NCBI RefSeq assembly: GCF_900232105.1
Contig: NZ_LT934425.1
Location: 120,001-152,000, forward strand
From: Candidatus Kuenenia stuttgartensis
GTDB taxonomy: Bacteria > Planctomycetota > Brocadiia > Brocadiales > Brocadiaceae
Direction of reading: 5' to 3'
Length of the DNA stretch: 32,000 nt
The notes beneath the pieces were generated by a model that was not told where the DNA came from, searched no databases, and was given only the letters and a program-made list of their open reading frames with translations. Positions 1 through 8,031 of the stretch are shown one piece after another. How positions within the stretch are numbered: the first letter of the stretch is position 1; the number at the start of each line of letters is the position of its first letter. The translations under genes and the position numbers were made by a program.

Positions 1-185
1 AAAATATACCACCTATACCCCTCCTTCTAAAAAAAGTAATTTAAAATACAGATATCACCAACTTCAATCGCAATCTTTTTCTGATTGCAGCACAACTTTC
101 TTCTCCTCTTTTTCCCGCACTATACTATTCATCTTATGTAACAAAACACTCTATGCAGAGCGCGATAAGAAGCAGAAAATACCCG

Positions 186-512
186 TTATTTCGCGCTCAA
201 CTGAAGAACTATCCCCGCGGCAGACGAAAGTAATTCTTCGTTTGAAGTATTCTTCCTGAATATTTTAAGAACCTCCTCAGATTTAGGCAGTTTTCCAAAC
301 AGCATAAACGATATCATTAGAGAATAAATCGCAAGAGACTCAATAAAGGCAATTCCGATTATCATTGCCAACTGCACCTTCGCCGCAACCGAAGGCTGCC
401 GCGCCATACTTTCAACGGCGCTGCTCACCACTTTTGCCTGAGCGAGAGCACAACCAAACGCTGCAACTGCAACTACAGGAATTCCAATCACTAATGCTAC
501 AAAATAATCCAT
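186..512 (-). CDS. atpE: F-type ATP synthase Fo subunit c (108 aa from the ATG at 512; the ORF track extends to 545)
   Basis: The translation MDYFVALVIGIPVVAVAAFGCALAQAKVVSSAVESMARQPS...IAFIESLAIYSLMISFMLF is a two-helix c-subunit hairpin. It has the ARQP loop and the helix-2 carboxylate (E58 in my numbering). AAGGAG lies 8 nt upstream of the ATG at 512. The gene sits 108 nt downstream of atpB on the same strand. Confidence 0.9.
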   Translation of the reverse strand: MDYFVALVIGIPVVAVAAFGCALAQAKVVSSAVESMARQPSVAAKVQLAMIIGIAFIESLAIYSLMISFMLFGKLPKSEEVLKIFRKNTSNEELLSSAAGIVLQLSAK

Positions 513-620
513 TTCACTACTCCTTTTATTGAAAATTTGAACCATTTAAAAATAGCATCAAACTCTTATTGGAGAGATAAAAAATGAAAACCAGAACCCA
601 CTGCGCAGTTGCAGATTAAC

Positions 621-1394
621 TTAATGATGTTCTTCTTCATCGTGGATGCCAATAGCCCCTGCAATGTAAAAACTCGCCAGAAGCGCAAAAATCATCGCCT
701 GGATAGTGCTTCCAAGTAAAGCAAGAAATACCATTGGCAGATGTATCGGTAACGGTATAAAACCAAGCAGAAAGGGAGCAAACCCGATAAATATCGCAAT
801 CACCGTATCCTCACCCAGGATGTTTCCAAAGAGTCGCATGGATAACGACAGGGGACGGGAAAGCACTTCCTGCATTATATGCAGCGGAAAGGTAAGTGGT
901 GCAAGCCATACAGGTTTACCCACCATATGCTTAAGATAACCAAAAACTCCCTTGCTCTTTATCCCTTGATACTGCGTTGCAAAGAAAACAATAAGCGCAA
1001 GTGCAACTGTTGTGTTTAAATTACTCGTAGGTGAATGGAACAGGGGTATCTGCCCCAACATGTTCATGCAAAATATATAAATAAAGAACGTGCCAATAAA
1101 AGGTATAAAACGCTCTGCCACCCGCCCCATCTGTGATTTTGTAAAATTTTCCAGCCCTTCAACTATAAGTTCCAACAGGGACTGAATCCTCCCGGGCACC
1201 ATCCGTAATTTCCGGGTTGCCAGAAGGGAAAATAGTCCCAGAAAAATGATTATCAACGCAGACATCACTATCGGTACCCACTCATGTTTTGTCAAACCAA
1301 AAAACTGACTGTGTGCGTCCGATGGAATAAAATCTAAAAATGATGGCAATTCGGTGGAAGTACCACCATCGCCGCCGTGACCTTCAGCAGACAC
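621..1394 (-). CDS. atpB: F-type ATP synthase Fo subunit a
   Basis: 257-aa polytopic membrane protein. The C-terminal part carries the subunit-a signature ...RPLSLSMRLFGNILGE... (conserved Arg). GTG start at 1394 preceded by AAGGAG. It lies between an atpI-like gene and atpE. Confidence 0.9.
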   Translation of the reverse strand: MSAEGHGGDGGTSTELPSFLDFIPSDAHSQFFGLTKHEWVPIVMSALIIIFLGLFSLLATRKLRMVPGRIQSLLELIVEGLENFTKSQMGRVAERFIPFIGTFFIYIFCMNMLGQIPLFHSPTSNLNTTVALALIVFFATQYQGIKSKGVFGYLKHMVGKPVWLAPLTFPLHIMQEVLSRPLSLSMRLFGNILGEDTVIAIFIGFAPFLLGFIPLPIHLPMVFLALLGSTIQAMIFALLASFYIAGAIGIHDEEEHH

Positions 1395-1431
1395 TCTCCC
1401 TTGCTCCTTTCGATATGAATTCTATTTTAAA

Positions 1432-1454
1432 CCTAAGCTGGCATAGCCAGAACC
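1432..1454 (-). promoter_or_regulatory. Conserved 23-nt hairpin motif, copy 1 (GGTTCTGGCTATGCCAGCTTAGG read on the minus strand), 37 nt upstream of the atpB start
   Basis: Direct reading. The inverted repeat CTGGC-TAT-GCCAG is embedded in a 23-mer that matches 28855..28877 at 21/23 positions. Both copies have the same orientation relative to their downstream gene. Confidence 0.5.
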
Positions 1455-1628
1455 AAACAAGCACTAAAAGCGAAATACGAAAGAGAAACCACAGATTATA
1501 CCGATTTCGTCGTTAGCTCAGCCGAACGATTCCAGAGATTAAAGAAACGGCACAAGCTTATAATTGACCAATTTCACCGTTAAATATTTTGCCAAAAAAT
1601 GCAAAGAAATTACTAATCTGACAAGATA

Positions 1629-2084
1629 CTAACCATTCACCTTTTCGTAAGGGAATTTTACCCTATTGTTCAATTGCCTTACGAACAAGCTCCCCAATAT
1701 TTTCAGCATTATTACGGCCATTACCATGCTTAGTCCTATAAACAGAGCGATTATATTGACCTCTAAAAAGACGCATGCAAAAAAAAGCATCCCCCCCGCT
1801 ATGAAATACTTCGCAATACTCACCTTGAGGATAAACCCCTTTATTTGCGCCCTTTTTTTCTCAACACCAAAACGTATTCCCCACCACGACATTTTAAACA
1901 ACAACAAACTAATGAAACACCCTATTGCAACACTTAACGTCAATTTTGCGGACATATAAGAAAACGAACCCGCTATTATAATCAGCGATAAATAAAATGA
2001 CATCTGGAAGACTCTCCCGGGAAATCCTTCATCCAGAGAAAGAGTATCAGTTTTCTCGTCCTGCAGACTTGTTCTCGTTTTCAT
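1629..2084 (-). CDS. atpI: ATP synthase protein I-like small membrane protein (alternative start ATG at 2003)
   Basis: Hydrophobic protein with about four predicted helices, sitting immediately upstream of atpB, the usual atpI position. The ATG at 2084 overlaps the upstream gene by 38 nt. An internal ATG at 2003 (MSFYLSLIII...) would avoid the overlap. Confidence 0.6.
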   Translation of the reverse strand: MKTRTSLQDEKTDTLSLDEGFPGRVFQMSFYLSLIIIAGSFSYMSAKLTLSVAIGCFISLLLFKMSWWGIRFGVEKKRAQIKGFILKVSIAKYFIAGGMLFFACVFLEVNIIALFIGLSMVMAVIMLKILGSLFVRQLNNRVKFPYEKVNG

Positions 2085-2301
2085 CAGATATTTTTTTTAT
2101 TACTTGAAAAAAGTTAATAAAACTGCCAATAGCACCCCAAAACAGAAAAATCATTAGAAACCATGGAGCGGTTCCATATCTTTTGTCAACATAAGTACCC
2201 AGGAAATATCCACCGGCCAAAGCGCCCGCCGTTGTAAATCCGAAACTCCCAACCAGACCTATTATTCTGTATGTCTCAGGGTCTTTCTTAATAAAAAACA
2301 A
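2047..2301 (-). CDS. atpZ: AtpZ/AtpR-like small two-helix membrane protein (putative F0F1-ATPase-associated subunit)
   Basis: 84 aa. The pattern GLVGSFGFTTAGALAGGYFLGTYVDKRYGTAPWFLMIFLFWGAIGSFINFF matches the AtpZ family as I recall it (G-rich helix, D-x-(K/R)-x-G-T-x-P-W, second helix). TTG start at 2301 with AGGAG 5 nt upstream. The SD overlaps the TAG stop of the preceding gene. Confidence 0.65.
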   Translation of the reverse strand: MFFIKKDPETYRIIGLVGSFGFTTAGALAGGYFLGTYVDKRYGTAPWFLMIFLFWGAIGSFINFFQVIKKISDENENKSAGREN

Positions 2302-2309
2302 GATAGCTC

Positions 2310-2930
2310 CTATTGGGAAAAATATCTTTCTATCGCCTGCTTAATGTGCATTGCCACTTTTGATTGTGAATCGACAATATTTAAATACAAAGAGGCGCTT
2401 TTCGGCTGACATATCCCCATAATCAATCGTTCTTCATGTTCTTCTGAATAATCGCAAACAAGCCTGCTTATGCTATCATATTTATCGCACACATGTTTTC
2501 TCAACAACTCATTTTTTGTCAAAATAGCATCCTTAGCAGTTTTTAACACATCCAATGTCTCTTTAAATAATTGTGTCACTTCATTTGCAGCCTTATCGCC
2601 AAAGAGTAATTTCTCATTTATTTTGACCCGAATGTGACGTATCATGTTATCCATTACATCCGTGGCCATCTCTATATGTCCCACTACGACTGCCAGAGTT
2701 TTAAACCGGTTTTTCTCAGATTCGTCATTTTTATTAACACCGCTTAACATGCTTACCGTCTCATTTTCTTCGTCATGCACCAATCTGCTGATTCTCTGTG
2801 CATCATCAAGCAATTCCACTTTATTTTTCAAGAACCCCAGCATGCACAAATTTAAAACAGACTCGGCATTTAAACACATAGAACTTATCCGTTCCAATAT
2901 CACTTTCGCGTCGTCATTTACATTTGTCAT
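2310..2930 (-). CDS. PhoU-domain-like cytoplasmic helical protein
   Basis: 206 aa, all-helical in appearance, with two repeat-like halves. The segments ...VVVGHIEMATDVMDNMIRHI... and ...LNIVDSQSKVAMHIKQAIERY... resemble the PhoU repeat ends (ERIgDhatNIa). The assignment is by eye only. Confidence 0.4.
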   Translation of the reverse strand: MTNVNDDAKVILERISSMCLNAESVLNLCMLGFLKNKVELLDDAQRISRLVHDEENETVSMLSGVNKNDESEKNRFKTLAVVVGHIEMATDVMDNMIRHIRVKINEKLLFGDKAANEVTQLFKETLDVLKTAKDAILTKNELLRKHVCDKYDSISRLVCDYSEEHEERLIMGICQPKSASLYLNIVDSQSKVAMHIKQAIERYFSQ

Positions 2931-2987
2931 ATCAAAACCTTTTTTCCCAACTCTTTGATTTTCGGATATAACCGCATATAAAGATTT

Positions 2988-4280
2988 TCATAGCGTTTTC
3001 ACCACTTCGCCAAACGCGGCAATGGTATCATTTATCTCTTTCTCGCCATGCACGGTCGAAACAAAAACCGCTTCAAACTGCGAAGGGGCAAAGTAAAATC
3101 CACGCTCAAGCATACCGTGAAAAAACTTTGCGTATCTGCCAGTATCGCATAGTTTTGCAGTAGCATAATCAACCACCGGTTTGCTTGTAAAAAAGGTGCA
3201 CAACATAGACCCTACCCTGGTATGATATGCAGGAATATTGGCATCATTGCATACCTTCTCCATACCAGCCGCTAATTGTTTTGACCTTTCTTCCAAGCCT
3301 TTATAAACAGCATTGTCTTTTAATATTTCCAAAGTAGCAATCCCCGCAGTCATCGCTACGGGATTACCTGATAAGGTACCGGCCTGATACACGGGGCCTA
3401 CAGGAGATATGCCATCCATAATTTCTTTTTTACCGCCGTATGCACCAACAGGAAGCCCTCCCCCTATAATCTTCCCCAGCGTAGTCAGATCAGGTGTAAT
3501 GTTGTAAAGCGCCTGCACGCCGCCATGCGCAACCCTGAAACCGGTCATTACCTCATCGAAGATGAGGACAATACCATATTTTTTCGTTATTTCCCTTAAT
3601 CCTGCCAGATAATTCTTCGCCGGCGGAACGACGCCCATGTTTCCGGCGACTGCCTCCACAATAATACATGCAATTTCATTACCTCTCCTGGAACAAACCT
3701 CATTTACCGCATCAATGTTATTGTAGGGAAGGGAAATGGTATGTTTTACAAAATCGCCGGGAATCCCGGGACTGTTTGGCATGCCTAATGTTGTGGCGCC
3801 GGAACCGGCCTGTACCAGCAAACTATCCACATGCCCATGGTAACAACCCTCGAACTTAATAACCTCATCGCGTTTTGTATGTCCCCTGGCGAGACGGATT
3901 GCACTCATAGTTGCTTCTGTGCCGGAGTTCACCATCCTGATCTTTTCGATAGACGGCATCGCTTCCTTCACAAGTTTTGCCAGTTGTATTTCAAGTTCCG
4001 TTGGAGCGCCGTAGCTGGTGCCATTCGCAACCGCTTCGTTTACCCTTTTTACAATTCTCGGGTCAGCATGGCCAAGAATCAGAGGTCCCCATGAACCAAC
4101 ATAATCTACATACCTATTGCCGTCTATATCGGTAAGGCAACACCCCGAACCGGACTTTATAAAGATAGGCGTGCCGCCCACGCCACCAAAAGCCCTCACC
4201 GGGCTGTTTACTCCGCCAGGTATGACACTCTGCGCATCCAGAAACGCCTTTTTTGATTTCTCAGTAATTATCTTTGACAT
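2988..4280 (-). CDS. hemL: Glutamate-1-semialdehyde 2,1-aminomutase
   Basis: MSKIITEKSKKAFLDAQSVIPGGVNSPVRAFGGVGGTPIF...GTLSGNPVAMTAG... is full-length HemL-like, a class III aminotransferase. I chose the ATG at 4280. The 32 extra codons in the ORF track are not HemL-like. Confidence 0.93.
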   Translation of the reverse strand: MSKIITEKSKKAFLDAQSVIPGGVNSPVRAFGGVGGTPIFIKSGSGCCLTDIDGNRYVDYVGSWGPLILGHADPRIVKRVNEAVANGTSYGAPTELEIQLAKLVKEAMPSIEKIRMVNSGTEATMSAIRLARGHTKRDEVIKFEGCYHGHVDSLLVQAGSGATTLGMPNSPGIPGDFVKHTISLPYNNIDAVNEVCSRRGNEIACIIVEAVAGNMGVVPPAKNYLAGLREITKKYGIVLIFDEVMTGFRVAHGGVQALYNITPDLTTLGKIIGGGLPVGAYGGKKEIMDGISPVGPVYQAGTLSGNPVAMTAGIATLEILKDNAVYKGLEERSKQLAAGMEKVCNDANIPAYHTRVGSMLCTFFTSKPVVDYATAKLCDTGRYAKFFHGMLERGFYFAPSQFEAVFVSTVHGEKEINDTIAAFGEVVKTL

Positions 4281-4395
4281 ATATAACCTAATCTTTGTAT
4301 ATAAGTATAAATTCTTATCTCTAAAGCTGAAATCTTGGAAAGCGGAAATCATAGCAAAACATATTTTTTTTGTCAACTATTATTGCGTATAACCC

Positions 4396-5025
4396 ATGAG
4401 AAAAATCATAAGTATCGCTGTTTTAATTTCCGGCAACGGTAAAACGTTGCAAAATTTTATCGACTGCATAAAGTCTGGCTCGTTGCCTGCTAAGATTCAA
4501 ATAGTCATCAGCAGCAACCCTGATGCAAAAGGGCTGGAACGTGCAAAGATAAATGCTATTCCTACTGCAGTAGTTTCCCGTTCTTCATACAAAGACGTCA
4601 ATTCGTTTAGCGAAGCAATTACCAAAAAACTGGAGGAATACCCTATCGAGCTAATCACCCTTGCGGGTTTTATGCATTTATATAAAATTCCGGATACATA
4701 TTCCGGCAGGGTAATGAACGTCCACCCCGGCCTCATTCCAGCTTTCTGCGGACATGGATATTACGGGCATAAAGTGCATGAGGCGGTTATCGGGTATGGC
4801 GCAAAAGTATCCGGGTGTACCGTACATTTTGCGGATAACGTGTATGATAATGGCCCCATTATCATACAGAGGACTACGCCCGTATTTGACGACGACACGC
4901 CGGATACACTTGCTGAACGGGTTTTTAAGGAAGAATGTACCGCATACCCTGAAGCAATCCGCCTGTTCGCTGAAGGCAGATTAAAGAGAGAGGGCAGAAG
5001 GATAGTTATACTAAAAAAAGAGTAA
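4396..5025 (+). CDS. purN: Phosphoribosylglycinamide formyltransferase
   Basis: ISIAVLISGNGKTLQNFID...NVHPGLIPAFCGHGYYGHKVHEAVIGYGAKVSGCTVHFADNVYDNGPIIIQ matches the PurN formyltransferase core (HP-x-LLP, D-x-G-PII). Confidence 0.9.
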   Translation: MRKIISIAVLISGNGKTLQNFIDCIKSGSLPAKIQIVISSNPDAKGLERAKINAIPTAVVSRSSYKDVNSFSEAITKKLEEYPIELITLAGFMHLYKIPDTYSGRVMNVHPGLIPAFCGHGYYGHKVHEAVIGYGAKVSGCTVHFADNVYDNGPIIIQRTTPVFDDDTPDTLAERVFKEECTAYPEAIRLFAEGRLKREGRRIVILKKE

Positions 5026-5040
5026 AGGAGTCGGATAATT

Positions 5041-5910
5041 ATGACAAAAACAAGATGGAACTATATTATTCCCTTTATCATAATCATAGCATTAAATCTC
5101 TGCGGTTTAAAAATATATGGTTTTGAAGTCAGTACCACAAATAAAGGAAAAGAAATAAAATGGAAAAAAGATACGGTAACGTATCTTATCAACACTACTG
5201 ACGGCCCTTCCGGCAGCCTTGACGCTATATTGGCGGCAATGCAGACATGGACAGACGTTGACACATCTACATTTGTATTCATTGATGGTGGCACAACCTC
5301 AAAAAAAAACCACGGCGAACCAGACGGCATTAATATTATTGATTTTGGAACTATTAAGGAAGAAGGGGTATTGGGGCAAAACTCTTTCTGGTTTTATACG
5401 TCCGGAGAAATGTTTGACAGCGATATACGTTTTAACACCAAAAATACCTGGAGCACAGACGGCTCGTCAGACAAATTTGACGTGCAGAATATAGGCACGC
5501 ATGAACTCGGTCACTCCCTCAGTTTGGCGGATCTTTATAGCAACAGCGATTCTGAAAAGACGATGTATGGCTATGGTTTCGCCGGCGATACCAGCCAAAG
5601 GACGCTGCACCAGGACGACATGGATGGGATTACCTACTTGTATCCCTCTACGAAGAACAGCAACATCTCCGGTACGATAATTGACATTGAAGGAACACTA
5701 CTGGAAAAAGTTAAGCTGCGGCTGAAAAAGGGAAGCAAAACAAAAAAGAAAACAAAATCAGACGAAAACGGTTACTTTGAATTTACCAATTTAAAAGGCG
5801 GTTCCTACAAAATTATCGCAAGGAGAAGCGGCTATAAAAAATCAAAGACAGCGGTAGAACTTGGTGAAGCAGAAGAGAAAGAAATTGAAATCATAATGGA
5901 TGAAAAATAA
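5041..5910 (+). CDS. Secreted metzincin (matrixin-like) zinc metalloprotease with a C-terminal carboxypeptidase-regulatory-like beta-sandwich domain
   Basis: N-terminal signal/anchor (IIPFIIIIALNLCG). Zinc motif THELGHSLSLAD, Met-turn candidate KTMYGY, and the matrixin-type DDMDGITYLY. The C-terminus ISGTIIDIEGTLLEKVKLRLKK...DENGYFEFTNLKGGSYKIIARRSGY is CarboxypepD_reg-like. Confidence 0.8.
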   Translation: MTKTRWNYIIPFIIIIALNLCGLKIYGFEVSTTNKGKEIKWKKDTVTYLINTTDGPSGSLDAILAAMQTWTDVDTSTFVFIDGGTTSKKNHGEPDGINIIDFGTIKEEGVLGQNSFWFYTSGEMFDSDIRFNTKNTWSTDGSSDKFDVQNIGTHELGHSLSLADLYSNSDSEKTMYGYGFAGDTSQRTLHQDDMDGITYLYPSTKNSNISGTIIDIEGTLLEKVKLRLKKGSKTKKKTKSDENGYFEFTNLKGGSYKIIARRSGYKKSKTAVELGEAEEKEIEIIMDEK

Positions 5911-5928
5911 ACATTAATAACATTAACA

Positions 5929-7839
5929 ATGAAAAATACGATTATCCTATTTCTTTTTATTCTGCCCCTGTTTGCTGCCTTCCCCCCTCAATCAGCGCTA
6001 CCCGAAGATAACATATCTCAACAATCGATATTGCAAAATCAATTTATGGAAGAGTTAAAATGGTTGCAGGAAGAAAGTGTTGTTTCCACCGCATCACGCC
6101 GTGAGCAGAAAGTTTCAGAAACACCTGCGGCAGTCTTTGTCATTTCACAGGAAGATATACGCCGTTCAGGCGCAAACAGTATTCCTGAAGTACTCCGGAT
6201 GGCGCCAGGGGTACACGTTGCACGGATTGATGCAAATAAATGGGCAATAACGATGAGGGGCTTTAATAACCGGTATGCCGATAAATTACTTGTTTTAATT
6301 GACGGACGCACAGTTTACACCCCCCTGTTTTCGGGAACATACTGGGATGTTCAGGACACAATGCTGGAAGATATAGAACGTATCGAAGTTATCCGAGGTC
6401 CTGGAGGCGCGTTGTGGGGCGCCAACGCCGTTAACGGAATTATAAACATCATCACAAAAAGCGCAAAAGACACCCAGGGCGGACTCTTCACTGGAAGTGC
6501 AGGCAGCGAAGAACGGGGCATGGGAGGGCTTCGCTATGGCAGCAAGATAGGCGGGAATGCCTATTTCCGCATCTATTCAAAATATTTCAACCATGACGAT
6601 TTCGTTCTTGAATCAGGTGACAGCGCAAACGATAGCTGGGAGTCTGCACGTGCCGGTTTCAGGGTTGACTGGGATTACTCAAGTAAAGATGTGTTAACAT
6701 TTCAAGGCGATATTTACACGGGTGATGAAAGCGAAAGGAATAATTTCAGACAGAGTTCTGACATCTATGTATCAGGCGGTAATTTACGGGCCAACTGGAA
6801 ACATGCCATTTCGGACACTTCAGACATGATGTTGCAGATATATTATGACAGAACGAACCGCATAACTACAAGCATTGAGGAAGAACGCGACACCTTTGAC
6901 ATTGATTTTCAACATAGTTTGCGTCTTACCGGCTGGAATGAATTTATATGGGGACTTGGATATCGTTACACGCAGAACGACACCGAAGACGATGACGGAT
7001 TATTGCTTGATCCTCAAAACAGGGAAAACAACTTATTCAGCATGTTTCTGCAGGATGAATTTTCCTTTTTCGAAGATACGGTGAAGGTTACCTTCGGAAC
7101 CAAGTTTGAGCACAATGATTACACCGGGTTTGAAATACAACCAAGTTTAAGGGTACTCTGGGCATTTACATATACCCAAACGGTATGGGCTGCCGTTTCA
7201 CGAGCGGTGAGAACCCCTTCCCGTGTTGAATCGGATATAATAATTGATTATTCACCCTATTATTACTTTACCGGCAACGATGACCTGGATGCTGAAAATC
7301 TTTTGGCCTATGAAATAGGATACCGCATTCAGTTTTCAAAAAAACTTTCACTGGATATTGCCACGTTCTACAACATGTACGACAGCATAATAAACGATGT
7401 TAACGACGAAACGTTTGAAAATATTTTTGACGTAGAAAGTTATGGCATAGAAACAACCTTAAACTGGCAAATAACCAATCAATGGAGATTAGTCCAAAGT
7501 TATACCTATTTTGATATTGATTCTACTAATTTTACCTCAACTGATCCCCTGTCAGACCCTCATAGTCAATTCAATATCCGTTCATTATTAAACCTGCCGC
7601 ACAACATGGAACTCGACGCAGCCCTCTTTTATGTTGACAGTTTTACCAGTCTTGACAGAAATATTAATGACTATGTTCGTTTTGACGTCAGACTCGGATG
7701 GCACATCACAAAATACCTTGAAGCAAGCCTCGTGGGAACAAATTTACTTGACGATAACCACCTTGAATACAATGCCAGATCGGTAGCGCCTACCGAAATA
7801 GAACGCGCTGTGTATGCAAAATTAACATGGAGATTCTGA
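5929..7839 (+). CDS. TonB-dependent outer-membrane receptor
   Basis: Signal peptide and plug domain (ETPAAVFVISQEDIRRSGANSIPEVLRMAPGVHV...IDGRTVY...IERIEVIRGPGGALWGANAVNGIINIITK). Long beta-barrel region ending in the typical aromatic terminus ...AKLTWRF. Confidence 0.92.
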   Translation: MKNTIILFLFILPLFAAFPPQSALPEDNISQQSILQNQFMEELKWLQEESVVSTASRREQKVSETPAAVFVISQEDIRRSGANSIPEVLRMAPGVHVARIDANKWAITMRGFNNRYADKLLVLIDGRTVYTPLFSGTYWDVQDTMLEDIERIEVIRGPGGALWGANAVNGIINIITKSAKDTQGGLFTGSAGSEERGMGGLRYGSKIGGNAYFRIYSKYFNHDDFVLESGDSANDSWESARAGFRVDWDYSSKDVLTFQGDIYTGDESERNNFRQSSDIYVSGGNLRANWKHAISDTSDMMLQIYYDRTNRITTSIEEERDTFDIDFQHSLRLTGWNEFIWGLGYRYTQNDTEDDDGLLLDPQNRENNLFSMFLQDEFSFFEDTVKVTFGTKFEHNDYTGFEIQPSLRVLWAFTYTQTVWAAVSRAVRTPSRVESDIIIDYSPYYYFTGNDDLDAENLLAYEIGYRIQFSKKLSLDIATFYNMYDSIINDVNDETFENIFDVESYGIETTLNWQITNQWRLVQSYTYFDIDSTNFTSTDPLSDPHSQFNIRSLLNLPHNMELDAALFYVDSFTSLDRNINDYVRFDVRLGWHITKYLEASLVGTNLLDDNHLEYNARSVAPTEIERAVYAKLTWRF

Positions 7840-7904
7840 TGTATTATTACAAAAGCGTCTATTTCCATGTAACACAAGCATCCTGGTTGTAATATTTAAT
7901 ATCC

Positions 7905-7956
7905 AGGCAGGCAGCCTGCCTCTATACACCCATGCACGCTGACAGGGAAGCATGGG
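7905..7956 (+). terminator. Two stem-loops downstream of the receptor gene (AGGCAGGC-A-GCCTGCCT at 7905..7921; CCCATGC-N14-GCATGGG at 7929..7956)
   Basis: The inverted repeats were read directly. There is no clean U-tract, so terminator function is uncertain. Confidence 0.3.
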
Positions 7957-8031
7957 GCAATTTTAAGCCCAAATAATTATTTATTAAAAAAAATCGGGAA
8001 TGCCCCCGTCTAAAATTTTATAATACGCTAC

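Noticed and set aside
1-12. A GTG preceded by GAAGGAGG on the minus strand at the extreme 5' edge, possibly the next atp gene (atpF)
   Set aside because: Only four codons are in the window, so no call is possible.
1432-1454. Reading the shared TGGCTATGCCAG motif as a sigma-54 (-24/-12) promoter
   Set aside because: Counting from the GG doublet, the GC of a -12 element should follow after 10 nt. Here those positions hold TT in one copy and TA in the other. The nearest GC is 2 nt too close in copy 1 and absent in copy 2.
1512-1523. tRNA-like GTTAGCTCAGCC string in the atpI-atpB spacer
   Set aside because: No matching acceptor stem, anticodon arm or T-arm (GTTCGAATC-like) follows. It is an isolated resemblance to a D-arm only.
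186-2301. Classifying the atp genes as an N-type (atpDC-QR-BEFAG) ATPase operon because of the small membrane proteins and the Na+-like c-subunit
   Set aside because: No atpD/atpC genes precede the small membrane genes. The upstream neighbours are a PhoU-like gene and hemL, so the order fits a conventional atpZ/I-B-E... operon. The rest of the operon lies outside the window, so this cannot be settled here.
4281-4376. 32-codon N-terminal extension of hemL in the ORF track
   Set aside because: The extension (MTKKICFAMISAFQDF...) has no HemL similarity. Canonical HemL homology starts at the ATG at 4280.
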